A stretch of 64,000 bases of DNA from Promethearchaeati archaeon SRVP18_Atabeyarchaeia-1 (lineage in GTDB: Archaea; Asgardarchaeota; Atabeyarchaeia; Atabeyarchaeales; Atabeyarchaeaceae), in NCBI GenBank assembly GCA_037308085.1, contig CP147779.1, forward strand, positions 1,536,001 through 1,600,000. Reading direction: 5' to 3'. The notes under the pieces are model-generated. The model was not told the DNA's origin. It saw only the letters and a list, made by a program, of their open reading frames with translations, and did no database searches. The position numbers were made by a program, and so were the translations under genes. Of the stretch, positions 21,342 through 31,714 are shown in pieces. How positions within the stretch are numbered: the stretch's first letter is position 1; every line of letters begins with the position of its first letter.

Positions 21342-21597
21342 GATATGGCGCAGGAGAGCTCAAGATAGTGGACTCAGGCCAGTATGGTTTGCTAAAGGAG
21401 AGTCAAACGAGCTCATAATTATCCTCAAAGGATCAACCCTGAACGGCACCTACGTGATGATAAGCACCGGAGAACACAAGTGGCTCATGTTCAAGAAGAA
21501 AAGCTAAAAGTGGAGCAGTGTCTGAGGCTCTTCTGGCGTTCCGGCTTCCTTTACGCCTTCTGCCTAGAAGCAGTTCCCCGCGCCGACGTCGGGCGCG

Positions 21598-22440
21598 TCA
21601 AGTATGAGTGACCAGCGCACTGGCGAAGACTATCGCCCCAACGTACTCGCCCACCGGCGCAGCCCTTGACGTGTCAATCATGGGTTTCGGCAGTCCGAGA
21701 TAGGGTGCGCCATATGAAGCTCCGCCACCCAAGTGAATAAGCGTACGGTAGGCTAGGTTTCCAGATATGCCGTCGGGCGCAATGATGAGGTTGGCTTTTT
21801 CTGCGATCGCCTCCTCAATCAGGATCTCATAGTGCTTGATATCTAAGTTACCGTTCTCCTTTCTGGCCTCCTTAAGGACGTTCTCTGCTTCTTTGATAGT
21901 ATTGTCAACCGTCCTGTCGCGACCTATATCGCTTATTCTGCCACCCGAAAGCACTGCAACCTTCGGCGTGAATCCCAGCGCTTGTATTATCTTCACTCCT
22001 TCTCTTATGAAGTAGAGTTTCTCTTTGACACTTCTCCCTTCGTCTATTCCAACAGGGGCGAAGAAGAAGTAGTCCTTGCTAGATGTTTCGAGAAGCGCTA
22101 GTCGTGCTGTGAAGGGAAGTTTGAACCTTGTTTTGACCGTCGCCAGTACTCTGTTCGCGCCCAGCGAGCCCCGCACCACAGCATTTACTTGCCCATCAAG
22201 AAGCTTGACCAAATCCCCCTCTGGATCGTCACTAACTATTGATTCAAGCGAAGTGTCGATTGCCCCAACCTCATCGAACGTCTGAGCTGATCCGACCAAG
22301 AAGATGCGCTTCGCGTACCCATTCCACAAGGCCCTCAATGAAGCGTCGATCACTCTTCTACCGCTTTCAACTGGGGTCGATATGCCCATGCCGATTATTG
22401 CCGGAACCGCTTGGGCCATTCTGACAAGGTTGTCTATCAT
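21598..22440 (-). CDS. mtxX: MtxX / methanogenesis marker protein 4 family
   Basis: VRGSL, APVGIDEG, LSGGR..D.GR, ILIE, APDGISGNL, DTSR. Confidence 0.85.
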   Translation of the reverse strand: MIDNLVRMAQAVPAIIGMGISTPVESGRRVIDASLRALWNGYAKRIFLVGSAQTFDEVGAIDTSLESIVSDDPEGDLVKLLDGQVNAVVRGSLGANRVLATVKTRFKLPFTARLALLETSSKDYFFFAPVGIDEGRSVKEKLYFIREGVKIIQALGFTPKVAVLSGGRISDIGRDRTVDNTIKEAENVLKEARKENGNLDIKHYEILIEEAIAEKANLIIAPDGISGNLAYRTLIHLGGGASYGAPYLGLPKPMIDTSRAAPVGEYVGAIVFASALVTHT

Positions 22441-22787
22441 GAGTATTCCCTCGGAACAGACCAGTTTCCTGGGACGGACAACTGGACAAGGACAAAGCTA
22501 GCAATCTAGACCTCTCTCGCTCATCCGCCCTACGCTTCTCCCATTTGAGTGTTAATATTTTCTCCATACTCGCTTAAAAACTTGAAGCCGAGGAGACATA
22601 TGAAACTAGAGTCGAGACGACACGCAGACTTCGTCCCTTAGCTCTGAGAAAAGGTTAAGAGTGTATCTTCATTAAGTAACAGACGCAAAACACGTCATTA
22701 TTTGCCGAATCAAGAGAGCTGATCTCTCCAGATCTAATGCTGGAAAGTTGGAAACAAGGTCGGAGAGGGAATAGGTGTGTCCTAGAT

Positions 22788-23993
22788 ATGCCAACCTCTG
22801 ACAGAAACCCAACATCCTTTCTGCGCGAGGAATACCAGACTCTTGTCGACCAAGAGCTGGATTGGAAGCTCCGTGTCCTTCAGGGTCCAAGCGACACCAA
22901 ATGCATTGTTGACGGAAAACAAGTAATAATGTTATGCTCAAACAACTACTTGGGCTTAAGCACTCACCCCAAGCTGAGAGAAGCTGCGATAAACGCCATA
23001 AAGTCACACGGGGTCGGATCCGGCTCAGTAAGACCAATAGCCGGAAACATGGACCTTCACATCGAACTCGAAAGGAGACTGGCAAAATTCAAGCGAGCCG
23101 AGGCGTCGCTCGTATACACGAGCGGTTTCACAGCAAACTCCGGATTGATTCCTCAGCTCGTTGGAAAGGAAGACCTTATCGTGAGTGACGAGCTGAACCA
23201 TGGCAGCATCATAGACGGGGTGAGACTATCAGTTGCGGAGAGAGCTATCTACAAGCATCGGGACGCAGCAGATCTTGAACGGGTGCTTACCGAGGCGGAG
23301 AAGCATAGACCCGCATACCGCAGGATACTCATAATAACTGACGGCGTCTTTTCCATGGACGGAGATATAGCTCCTCTCGATGAGATCGTGAAGGCGGCAG
23401 AGAGGCACGGCTCAATGGTTTACGTTGACGACGCGCATGGCGAAGCAGTGCTAGGGGAAGGAGGTCGAGGAATAGTCTCACATTTCCACTTGGATCACAA
23501 GAGAGTGCACGTTGAGATGGGCACTTTCTCCAAAGCCTTCGGTGTCATAGGTGGGCACATTAGCGGAACCCAGGACCTCATCAACTTTGCATACAACAAA
23601 TCAAGGACGTGGCTCCTTACAGCATCACACCCGCCACCTGTTGCAGCGGCATGCATAGCCGCCATAGAAGTCCTCGAGACTGAACCCCAGCATGTAAAGA
23701 AGCTATGGGACAACACAAACTACTTCAGGAAGGGACTGGTGGGCCTTGGATTCAACACGGGCAAGAGTCAAACCCCGATAATACCAGCGATCATAGGTGA
23801 GAACGCAACCGCGAAGAAGTTCAGCCAGAGACTATACGAGGGAGGCATTTTCGCTCTGCCGATAATTTACCCAATGGTCCCGAAAGGAACGGCCAGAATA
23901 AGAACAATAATGAACTCAGCTCTGACAAGAGGCGACTTGGATCAAGCACTTGCCGCATTCGGGAAAGTTGGGAAAGAACTCAGCGTATTATAA
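22788..23993 (+). CDS. kbl: Glycine C-acetyltransferase (2-amino-3-ketobutyrate CoA ligase) / AONS family
   Basis: SNNYLGL, DELNHGS, DGVFSMDGD, DDAHG, GTFSKA; adjacent to a threonine dehydrogenase. Confidence 0.85.
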   Translation: MPTSDRNPTSFLREEYQTLVDQELDWKLRVLQGPSDTKCIVDGKQVIMLCSNNYLGLSTHPKLREAAINAIKSHGVGSGSVRPIAGNMDLHIELERRLAKFKRAEASLVYTSGFTANSGLIPQLVGKEDLIVSDELNHGSIIDGVRLSVAERAIYKHRDAADLERVLTEAEKHRPAYRRILIITDGVFSMDGDIAPLDEIVKAAERHGSMVYVDDAHGEAVLGEGGRGIVSHFHLDHKRVHVEMGTFSKAFGVIGGHISGTQDLINFAYNKSRTWLLTASHPPPVAAACIAAIEVLETEPQHVKKLWDNTNYFRKGLVGLGFNTGKSQTPIIPAIIGENATAKKFSQRLYEGGIFALPIIYPMVPKGTARIRTIMNSALTRGDLDQALAAFGKVGKELSVL

Positions 23994-24404
23994 AGTCAGA
24001 GGAATAGGTCAGGTTCGGATAGTTCGCAGCACTGCTCCTCAGACTCACGGTTTTCCTGGTTCTGTAACCCCGACGCTCGGAATGGCGGTCGATTACCGCG
24101 CAGCACAGGCACGGGATTGCCATAATCGTCTTCTTAGAGCTTGAATTAGAAAGACTAATTAAGCAGTATACGTATACATTCCTCGCAGTTAAAGAAAGAG
24201 AAAGACTTGATGAAGTCACCCTTCGACTGACCCCTCTTTGGCTGGGAGCGGTGGTTTCTGGTGGCAGGATTGGGGGGAGGTCTTACTTTTCTTGTAGCGC
24301 TAGTTGTATATTTTCTAACCGCCCTGCTTAGCCAGTTTGGTGCCAAGGCAGCTCCAGCGCTACCTATCAATGATCGTCCCTTTGTGTGACTTCTAATTAC
24401 AAAC

Positions 24405-24631
24405 GCGGGCCAGAAAGCCTACGCCCTTATGGACGTGGGGTGAATGGCGGGTCTAAGTAGAGGAAGATGCATCTGCTTGGGCAGTAGGTACGGTGCGTGC
24501 CGAATCCGCGCCTGCGAAGATCGAAGCCGCTACCCCCGCGCCCCTTGGGCACCTCAACGGTGATCCACACGTCAGGGAAAGCCCGATCCATGAACCAGGA
24601 AGCCAACGCCCTCAAGGCGTTGGAAGCTCAC
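24405..24631 (+). mobile_element. Non-autonomous mini IS200/IS605 element (ends plus probable omega-RNA scaffold)
   Basis: Right end GGAAGCCAACGCCCTCAAGGCGTTGGAAGCTCAC closely matches 39027-39061; left end resembles 37229-37270; no ORF. Confidence 0.75.
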
Positions 24632-24675
24632 GTCCGGATGATCCGCATCCATGAAATTCCATAAGATAATGGGGG

Positions 24676-25617
24676 CTACTTCAGTTTCTTGCTGAGCTTC
24701 TTGATCATATCTTCGGTCATGGATGCCAGGTCATAACTTGGTTTCCAGCCCCATTCCTCTCTCGCTATTGAATCATCAATAGACCTTGGCCATGAATCCG
24801 CAATATCCTGCCGAAAGTCCGGTCTGTAATCTATTTTGAACTCGGGGATGTGCTTCTTAATTTCTGCCGTGAGCTCTCCAGCAGTGAAGCTCATACCTGC
24901 GACATTAAACACGCGATGCTCTAACTTCGAACCATCAGCCTCAGCTAGATCAATTAGGCACTTGATACAGTCTGGCATGTACATCATTGGAAGCATCGTC
25001 TTCTCTTTGACAAAACAAGTGTATCTTCTCTTCCGTATTGCCTCGTAGAATATCTCAACAGCGTAGTCTGTCGTTCCTCCACCAGGCGGCGTCTCACTAC
25101 TGATTATACCAGGTAGTCGCACTGAACGGGTATCCAAACCGTATTTCTTGAAGTAGTATTCCACTAGCAGTTCACCGGTGACCTTCGTTATTCCATACAT
25201 CGTAGTTGGTCGCAGAATAGTGTCATTAGGCGTATTCTCTCTCGGGGTCGACGGACCGAAGGCTGCAATCGAGCTTGGCCACACGATCCGCTCAACACCA
25301 TGTTTTCTTCCAACCTCAAGCACGTTTATCAGACTATTCATGTTAAGATTCCAAGCTGTTTGAGGCACTTTTTCGCCAGTGGCTGACAATATGGAAGCCA
25401 TGTGATAAATCGCATCTATCTCATGCTCGCGGACAATGTCGGCAAGTGCTTCCTGGTCTAGAGCGTCAAAGTGGATGAACAGATCTTCTTCATGCAAGAA
25501 AGTAGGCTCCTTTATATCGGCCTCCAGGACGTTTCCGATTCCATATTTCCCCCTCAGGACCGGAACAAGATCGCTGCCAATTTGACCGGATGAGCCTATT
25601 ACAAGAAATCTCTTCAT
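24676..25617 (-). CDS. tdh: L-threonine 3-dehydrogenase (SDR/epimerase type)
   Basis: GSSGQIG, LSATGE, PSSIAAFG, YGITK, PGGGTTDYAV, ADSWP. Confidence 0.88.
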   Translation of the reverse strand: MKRFLVIGSSGQIGSDLVPVLRGKYGIGNVLEADIKEPTFLHEEDLFIHFDALDQEALADIVREHEIDAIYHMASILSATGEKVPQTAWNLNMNSLINVLEVGRKHGVERIVWPSSIAAFGPSTPRENTPNDTILRPTTMYGITKVTGELLVEYYFKKYGLDTRSVRLPGIISSETPPGGGTTDYAVEIFYEAIRKRRYTCFVKEKTMLPMMYMPDCIKCLIDLAEADGSKLEHRVFNVAGMSFTAGELTAEIKKHIPEFKIDYRPDFRQDIADSWPRSIDDSIAREEWGWKPSYDLASMTEDMIKKLSKKLK

Positions 25618-25827
25618 CTCTTATCAAGATCCGCCTGTTTTGGCATCGTTCAATGAGGCAAAGAATGGAATTGACTCAGCCGCGTCGGTATTTTAGTCTT
25701 TCTCCACAGAGTCCGTTCGCCAAATCAAAGTCTCTCACTAGATTCGTGAACATCACAATCACCAAGACGAAATGGATCATTCAATTCAACAACCTTTAAA
25801 GCTGATTGGAAGTCTTATTTCAAGATC

Positions 25828-26412
25828 ATGAGCAGCAAGAAGTTGCCACCAGATCAAAGAGAGATCGATGAAATCCTAAGGTGGAACATTGACCACCCAG
25901 GAATTATTCCCGAAAATCCACAGATCGATCTGGGGACGTGGAGTCTGACAGTAGATGGCGAAGTTGGGAATCCCGTCAGGTTAAACTGGCAGGAATTGCT
26001 CAGGCTTTCCTCTTCGGAATCCAAGAGCGATTTTCACTGTGTAGAAGGTTGGAGCGTCAGAGACTGCAAGTGGTACGGGATTAAGTTCAGCGTCTTGACT
26101 CAGCTCGTGAAGGTGCGCGAGGGGGCGAAGTACGCCCTATTCAAATGCTCTGATGGCTATACGACATCGTTGCTCCTTAAGGACCTGCTTAAGGACAACG
26201 TGATCTTGGCTTACAAACTTAATGGCGATGATCTCGCGGAATCCCTCGGCGGACCGTTGCGACTTATTGCCCCAGACAAGTACGCATATAAGAGTGCGAT
26301 GTGGATCGAGCGGATAACTTTTATGAAGACCAATCAGCTTGGGTATTGGGAGAAACGCGGGTATAGCGACACAGCGGATGTCTGGAAAAACGATCGCCGC
26401 GCAAGATGGTAA
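25828..26412 (+). CDS. Sulfite-oxidase-like molybdopterin oxidoreductase
   Basis: DFHCVEGWS, GGPLRL, YKSA.W, GYWE.RGY. Confidence 0.88.
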   Translation: MSSKKLPPDQREIDEILRWNIDHPGIIPENPQIDLGTWSLTVDGEVGNPVRLNWQELLRLSSSESKSDFHCVEGWSVRDCKWYGIKFSVLTQLVKVREGAKYALFKCSDGYTTSLLLKDLLKDNVILAYKLNGDDLAESLGGPLRLIAPDKYAYKSAMWIERITFMKTNQLGYWEKRGYSDTADVWKNDRRARW

Positions 26413-26466
26413 CAGCAGCAGAGGGTTTAGCAGTACTTCTGGTAAAAATAGACGGTGGTATGAAGC

Positions 26467-29442
26467 GTGGGAGCAGATAACTCGGCAACAGCAACAGACG
26501 AGAAGGCATTCCAGAAGAAGTATGCCGAAACATGCTCGCTCTCACTGGATGAGCTGACTAAGCAGCTAAAGACCGATCTCACGAAAGGACTATCTCAACG
26601 TGACGCCGAGGAGAGGCTAGAGAAATCGGGTCCAAACCTAATTCCCAAGGTCAAGCCGAGCTTCTACAAGATATGGATCGCTCCTTTCATGAATCTGCTA
26701 ATAACCATCTACCTAATCATCAGCACAGCACTGGCGTTAATCGCCATTTTCATATTGCCCGACGCGGGGGCGCGCTTGTTCATATGGATCCCGATAATCG
26801 CCATCAATGCCATTCTCTCTATCGTACAGCAAGCCAGAGCGCAGAAGAAGCTTGAGGCGCTTCAGCGGCTATCTGCGCCACAGTGTGAAGTGGTCAGGGA
26901 CTCCAAGCTAGCCGTGATTTCCTCCGATCAACTGGTTCCAGGCGATGTCATAAAGCTGAAGCAGGGTGACAGGGTACCAGCTGATGGCAGAGTGATCACT
27001 GCATCAGCCCTTTCTGTAAATGAAGCAATTCTAACCGGGGAATCTGAAGAGGTAGAGAAAGTCGAAAGCCACGCAGAATGTGATAAGGATTCCCCAGTCT
27101 ACTCCTGGAGGAACATGACCTTCCTCGGAACTTACGTGACTGCTGGGTCAGGGAGCCTCTTGGTACTTAAGACTGGTAAGGAGACCCAGCTCGGGAGAAT
27201 CTCAGCAACCTTGGAGCAGCTTGACACTGGCGAAATACCGCTGCGCCAGAAGATCAATAGACTAGCAAGGTACCTCGGGGTCGCAGTCGTGCTTTACCTC
27301 GTCGTGTCACTAACTTACGGCATCTATGTTCTATCTCAGCAGGGCAACCTTTTTGTAGCGGGCGCTTTGGACGTAAGGAGGGTCGCCGATGACGTGGTCG
27401 TAAGCTTGGTCACGGCGATGAGCATAATGCCAATCAACATCCCGCTACTGACAACAATTACGCTGCTGACTGGTATCTTAGCCATGGCGAAGCATCAGGT
27501 TCTAATTCGTGATCTCAGCGCCGTCGAAGGTCTGGGCAGAGTCTCAGTCATATGTTCGGACAAGACCGGGACAATCACGAAAAACGAGATGACTGCAGAG
27601 TGGGTGTGCACGCCGCGAGTTAAAGGACCATTCCCAACCTACAGAGTCAGCGGCGTCGGTTACCAGCCTAGTGGAAGAATCCTAGAAGCCGAGTCAGATG
27701 CAGATGTTAAGGATCCAGTGAAGATGAAACCCGGAGATCCTAGCCAAGATACCGTCGATGTCAAGCATGAAACCCCTCTCGAGTACATCCTCGCCTCCTG
27801 CATACTCGGCAACGAAAGTTCCATCACCCACGACAAGTTGAAAATCGGGAAAGTGGAGCACACGGTCCATAAGGCTGTGGGAAATGCTACTGATGCCTCA
27901 CTACTAGTCCTATTCCGCAAATCCAAGCTAGATGAAAAAGAATATAGATCAAGATTCAAGGAGTTATTTAGCTACCCCTTCGACTCAAGGGCAAAGCGTA
28001 TCACCAATGTCTACAAGGATGACAAGACCCACAAATACGTTGTTCTAGCAAGAGGGGCAACGGAAATGCTGTTGCCGCTATGTGGGCGCCTGGCTGAAAA
28101 GAAGATGGGTGAGACAGCAAGCCTGCGGGAGGATGGTAGATCCGCGATAGAGAAGCATGCCTATCTCTATGCGTCATCTGGTTACAGAGTCATCTCATTT
28201 GCTATTAGGCAGCTAGACGAGCCACCTTCAGCAAGCAAACCCGAAAGAGAGCAACTTGAGAAAGATATGACCTACTTGGGTTTCGTAGCGATTATGGATG
28301 CGCCAAGAGAAGGCGTTCTCGAGTCCGTCCAAGAGGCAAGAATGGCTGGAATAAAACCAGTCATGGTGACTGGAGACAGCCTGCCAACTGCGAAAAGCAT
28401 CGCACAAAAGGTTGGAATAGCTGAGGAAGGAGACAACTGTATAGAAGGATCCAAGATCGATTCTCTATCGAACCAAGAATTCCTTAAGACCAGCGTGTTT
28501 GCCCGCGTTTCCCCAGAACACAAGATGATGATAGTGAATCGATATAAGAAGCAGAAGCGCACAGTCGCGATGACAGGTGACGGAGTAAATGACGCACTTG
28601 CAATTTCCAAGGCTGATGTCGGCATCGCCACGGGAATAACAGGTACGGACGTCGCGAAACAGGCTGCAGGCATGATAATAACTGACGACTCATTCACCTC
28701 GATAATAACAGGTGTCCGTGAAGGACGAGGGCTCTTCCAGAAGATCAGAGCGATAGTCTTTTTCTATATTGCCGTGAACTTCGCTGAAGCCATGATCTAT
28801 TTTGGCTCCTCACTCTTCCCGGGATTCCATCTGCTCAACTCATGGCAGCAGATATACATCTTCGCCACGGTCCACTCAATCCCTCCATTCGCAATAATCT
28901 TCGGCCATATCAGCAAGGACGTCATGAAGGAGAAGCCACGCGACACCGAAGGAATATTCACTAAGCGGCTGGGCATCGCATTACTCCTCTTCTCTCTTTC
29001 ACTGGCGTTAATGCTCTACGTCGTCTACGGCGCCTGCCTGAATGGGATCTGGGCGGTCTTTCCCGAGAACATGCTAGGTTACATCCCGACAGTCAGCTGG
29101 GAACAGGCAAAAGCACGCACGATGCTTCACTCAGTCATAGTGATATCTGAGAGCCTCGTAGTTGCATCATTGATCCAGATGAACAAGCCAATAGACAGAA
29201 CACTGGTGCAGGAGAATCGCCTGATTCTCCCCTTCTTCATCATACTAGTTCCCTTGGCGCATATTGCGCTCATGTATAACCCGGCGCTTCAGTCAATGCT
29301 CTATCACGCTATCGGTCTAGATCTCGAGATTATTCAGCTCAACCTGCTCGACTGGGTCGCTGTTGTGCTTCTCGCGCTATTCCCTGTGTGGATTTTAGAG
29401 ACGTATAAGAAAAGGGTTAGAAACCAAGGCTTGTTCTTCTAA
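26467..29442 (+). CDS. P-type ATPase (P2-like scaffold, atypical membrane sites)
   Basis: TGES, DKTGT, TGD, GDGVND; about 10 TM helices. Confidence 0.95.
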   Translation: MGADNSATATDEKAFQKKYAETCSLSLDELTKQLKTDLTKGLSQRDAEERLEKSGPNLIPKVKPSFYKIWIAPFMNLLITIYLIISTALALIAIFILPDAGARLFIWIPIIAINAILSIVQQARAQKKLEALQRLSAPQCEVVRDSKLAVISSDQLVPGDVIKLKQGDRVPADGRVITASALSVNEAILTGESEEVEKVESHAECDKDSPVYSWRNMTFLGTYVTAGSGSLLVLKTGKETQLGRISATLEQLDTGEIPLRQKINRLARYLGVAVVLYLVVSLTYGIYVLSQQGNLFVAGALDVRRVADDVVVSLVTAMSIMPINIPLLTTITLLTGILAMAKHQVLIRDLSAVEGLGRVSVICSDKTGTITKNEMTAEWVCTPRVKGPFPTYRVSGVGYQPSGRILEAESDADVKDPVKMKPGDPSQDTVDVKHETPLEYILASCILGNESSITHDKLKIGKVEHTVHKAVGNATDASLLVLFRKSKLDEKEYRSRFKELFSYPFDSRAKRITNVYKDDKTHKYVVLARGATEMLLPLCGRLAEKKMGETASLREDGRSAIEKHAYLYASSGYRVISFAIRQLDEPPSASKPEREQLEKDMTYLGFVAIMDAPREGVLESVQEARMAGIKPVMVTGDSLPTAKSIAQKVGIAEEGDNCIEGSKIDSLSNQEFLKTSVFARVSPEHKMMIVNRYKKQKRTVAMTGDGVNDALAISKADVGIATGITGTDVAKQAAGMIITDDSFTSIITGVREGRGLFQKIRAIVFFYIAVNFAEAMIYFGSSLFPGFHLLNSWQQIYIFATVHSIPPFAIIFGHISKDVMKEKPRDTEGIFTKRLGIALLLFSLSLALMLYVVYGACLNGIWAVFPENMLGYIPTVSWEQAKARTMLHSVIVISESLVVASLIQMNKPIDRTLVQENRLILPFFIILVPLAHIALMYNPALQSMLYHAIGLDLEIIQLNLLDWVAVVLLALFPVWILETYKKRVRNQGLFF

Positions 29443-29494
29443 CCTACATGCCTCTAGGAATTCCAGAGAGCAACTCAACCAGAGCGCTATCAAG

Positions 29495-29977
29495 GTGAGC
29501 AAATTGAGCGAGCTTCCTCCTGCCGAAGACGCGAAAGTCACTCTCCGTAGGATCAATGGAAAGACCGTGAGGAGGATCTGCAACCTAGGCGTATCCGAAG
29601 ATCAAAGGAATTTCGTTGCGCCAAACGCAGTATCGATTGCACAAGCCTATTTCAACAAGACAGCATGGTTTCGCGCAATATACGCAGACACAACCCCAGT
29701 CGGCTTCCTGATGCTCTCCGAGGTTCCCAAGCGAGGATTCTACTATCTTTGGCGGTTCATGATCGATGCCAAGTATCAGGGTAAGGGTTATGGACGCAAA
29801 GCTCTTGAACTTGTCATCAAGCGAATCCGGAAAATGCCTAAGGCAAAGGCTCTCTACTTGTCCGTGGTGAGAGCTAAGGGGAGTGCAGAGGATTTCTACA
29901 AGAGCTTCGGCTTTGAGTTTACGGGAAGAATGGATGGCGTCGAGTATGTGATGAAGCTCGCGTTTGGTAAGCAATGA
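29495..29977 (+). CDS. GNAT acetyltransferase (polyamine acetyltransferase-like)
   Basis: Q..FVAPNA.S.A.A, RFMID..YQGKGYG, FY..FGF. Confidence 0.85.
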   Translation: MSKLSELPPAEDAKVTLRRINGKTVRRICNLGVSEDQRNFVAPNAVSIAQAYFNKTAWFRAIYADTTPVGFLMLSEVPKRGFYYLWRFMIDAKYQGKGYGRKALELVIKRIRKMPKAKALYLSVVRAKGSAEDFYKSFGFEFTGRMDGVEYVMKLAFGKQ

Positions 29978-30112
29978 TCTGCGACCGGATTCGAGATAGA
30001 TGGCATCGACCTCTCGTACTACACTAATATGGACATGGTGGACGGAGAGATAGCCATATTCATGAAGAAGAAGATAACGAACGCAAGCAGACAATGAGGA
30101 GCCCGCATAGTT

Positions 30113-30976
30113 TCAAGAGGGGATTCCTGACTCACAGGGCACGCCCGTCTGGCACAGTCCACACCCATAACCTTCAAAGCCGTAGTGGGTTCTCACGTAG
30201 TTCCACATCGAGTCGACATATTCTCTGCACTTGATCTTGTCATGACCTGCTTTGGAGATGGCTCCGACTGGGCACCGTTCGACGCATTTGCCGCATGTCC
30301 CCTTGGAGAAGAAAAGGCAGTAGGCGTGGTGATCAGTGTACGGTCTTTCAGACGGTGGGATGCTGATCTTGGCGACTGCCGAGCCGCATCGCATGGCCTT
30401 CCCCACTGGTGTTATCAGTCCATCACAGAGGCCGAAGGTTCCAAGTCCAGAGACGTATGCAGCATGCCGCTCGGACCAATTCGAAGTGATAAGGTATTTC
30501 CCCGATACTCTGGTTCCCCAGAGATGTGAAAGAGAAGGTGCGACCGACTCATACCCCTTCTCTGCGAGGATGCTGACGACGTGTCGTCGAAGGGTGTCAT
30601 TGAAATTCTCGCCGTAAATTCGAGCTCGAGCCCATCTTTCAGTCGGAAACCTATTCTCCTTTCTGTGTTCATTCTTTGTGGCCTCAGTATGTGGTAGCAC
30701 CCAACTTATCACTGTGAGCTGGTTCGCCGTGGTCCTCGTTTTCGGGAAGGCTCTGGCGAATATTTCGAGTGGTGACAGGTAGAACTCTCCAATATCCTTC
30801 TTAAAGAACTGGTAAAGGGGGTCAGCTCCACTTGAAAAGCCCACAATAGGGTCTGCCCAAGCCCTCTCATTTTCCTTGTTCTTCAGGGAGTTCTCGGGGG
30901 AAACCCCGACAAACCGCTTTACGGAGTCCCCTATCCAGCTAGCCGGGTTTCTGTCTCTCCCAGTCAAATTCACCAT
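30113..30976 (-). CDS. Epoxyqueuosine-reductase-like Fe-S protein
   Basis: SNWSERHAAY..GLG.FG, CGKCVERCP, CGLCQTGVPC. Confidence 0.8.
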   Translation of the reverse strand: MVNLTGRDRNPASWIGDSVKRFVGVSPENSLKNKENERAWADPIVGFSSGADPLYQFFKKDIGEFYLSPLEIFARAFPKTRTTANQLTVISWVLPHTEATKNEHRKENRFPTERWARARIYGENFNDTLRRHVVSILAEKGYESVAPSLSHLWGTRVSGKYLITSNWSERHAAYVSGLGTFGLCDGLITPVGKAMRCGSAVAKISIPPSERPYTDHHAYCLFFSKGTCGKCVERCPVGAISKAGHDKIKCREYVDSMWNYVRTHYGFEGYGCGLCQTGVPCESGIPS

Positions 30977-30994
30977 CGTCTATCTTCATGATTC

Positions 30995-31714
30995 CTACAG
31001 CTTAACAAAGCGAGAGGCTACCCCCAATATCCTCGTCTGCAATCGCAGAGTGACCTTCCCGACAACCAAACCTATGAGAACGCCTACAAGAACATCTAAA
31101 GGATAGTGCACTCCGACGTATATCCTGCTGAAGGCAACCGCGATCGATAGAAGATACAGTAGCAGCACCTTCATGGATTTCCTGGTTGGGAAGACAGCAG
31201 CAAGGGCGAATATCCTCTCCGAGTGACCGCTTGGGAAACTCGAGCCAGACTCGTAGTCGAGGGGGATGACCCCCGATAGTGTTGAGTATGGCCTGGGCCG
31301 CATCACTGCTATCTTCAGGGGGGCTACTATGAGAGTTCCTATCACAACGGTTGTCAGGATCAATACCGCTTCCTTTCTATAGCCCAACCAATACAGCACG
31401 ATGCAAAACACGACGACCGCAAGTGTGCTACCCAAGTGAGTTACCAACCCAAAAAAGGCACTTGGAATAGGGCTCAGAAGCCCGGGGTTAATGGCTAGTA
31501 GCAGAGAGGCGTCCCATTGTGCGATCGGAGGCGGAAAAACATCGGGTCCTGTAGGTCCACCTAGACCTAACCCTATTGTATCGATGTACTCGAAGAGGAC
31601 ACCTAGAACAATAATTACAATTCCAAGTAGAATCTCCCATGATTCTGGTCGACGCCTCAGAACGCTATCTTTCTTGACCTCATTTCCCAATATTGCCGCT
31701 CCCCGAGAAAGCAT
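30995..31714 (-). CDS. PAP2 phosphatase
   Basis: K....RPRP, SFPSGH, SRIYVGVHYPLDV. Confidence 0.9.
   Translation of the reverse strand: MLSRGAAILGNEVKKDSVLRRRPESWEILLGIVIIVLGVLFEYIDTIGLGLGGPTGPDVFPPPIAQWDASLLLAINPGLLSPIPSAFFGLVTHLGSTLAVVVFCIVLYWLGYRKEAVLILTTVVIGTLIVAPLKIAVMRPRPYSTLSGVIPLDYESGSSFPSGHSERIFALAAVFPTRKSMKVLLLYLLSIAVAFSRIYVGVHYPLDVLVGVLIGLVVGKVTLRLQTRILGVASRFVKL

Larger units (their letters stand above)
19730..21507 (+). pseudogene. LigD-type DNA 3'-phosphoesterase relic split by the IS607-like element
   Basis: ESANFEGTIQEGN (to 19772) rejoins GYGAGELKIVDSGQY..LKGSTLNGTYVMI..KWLMFKKKS (from about 21341), with one frameshift. Confidence 0.75.
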
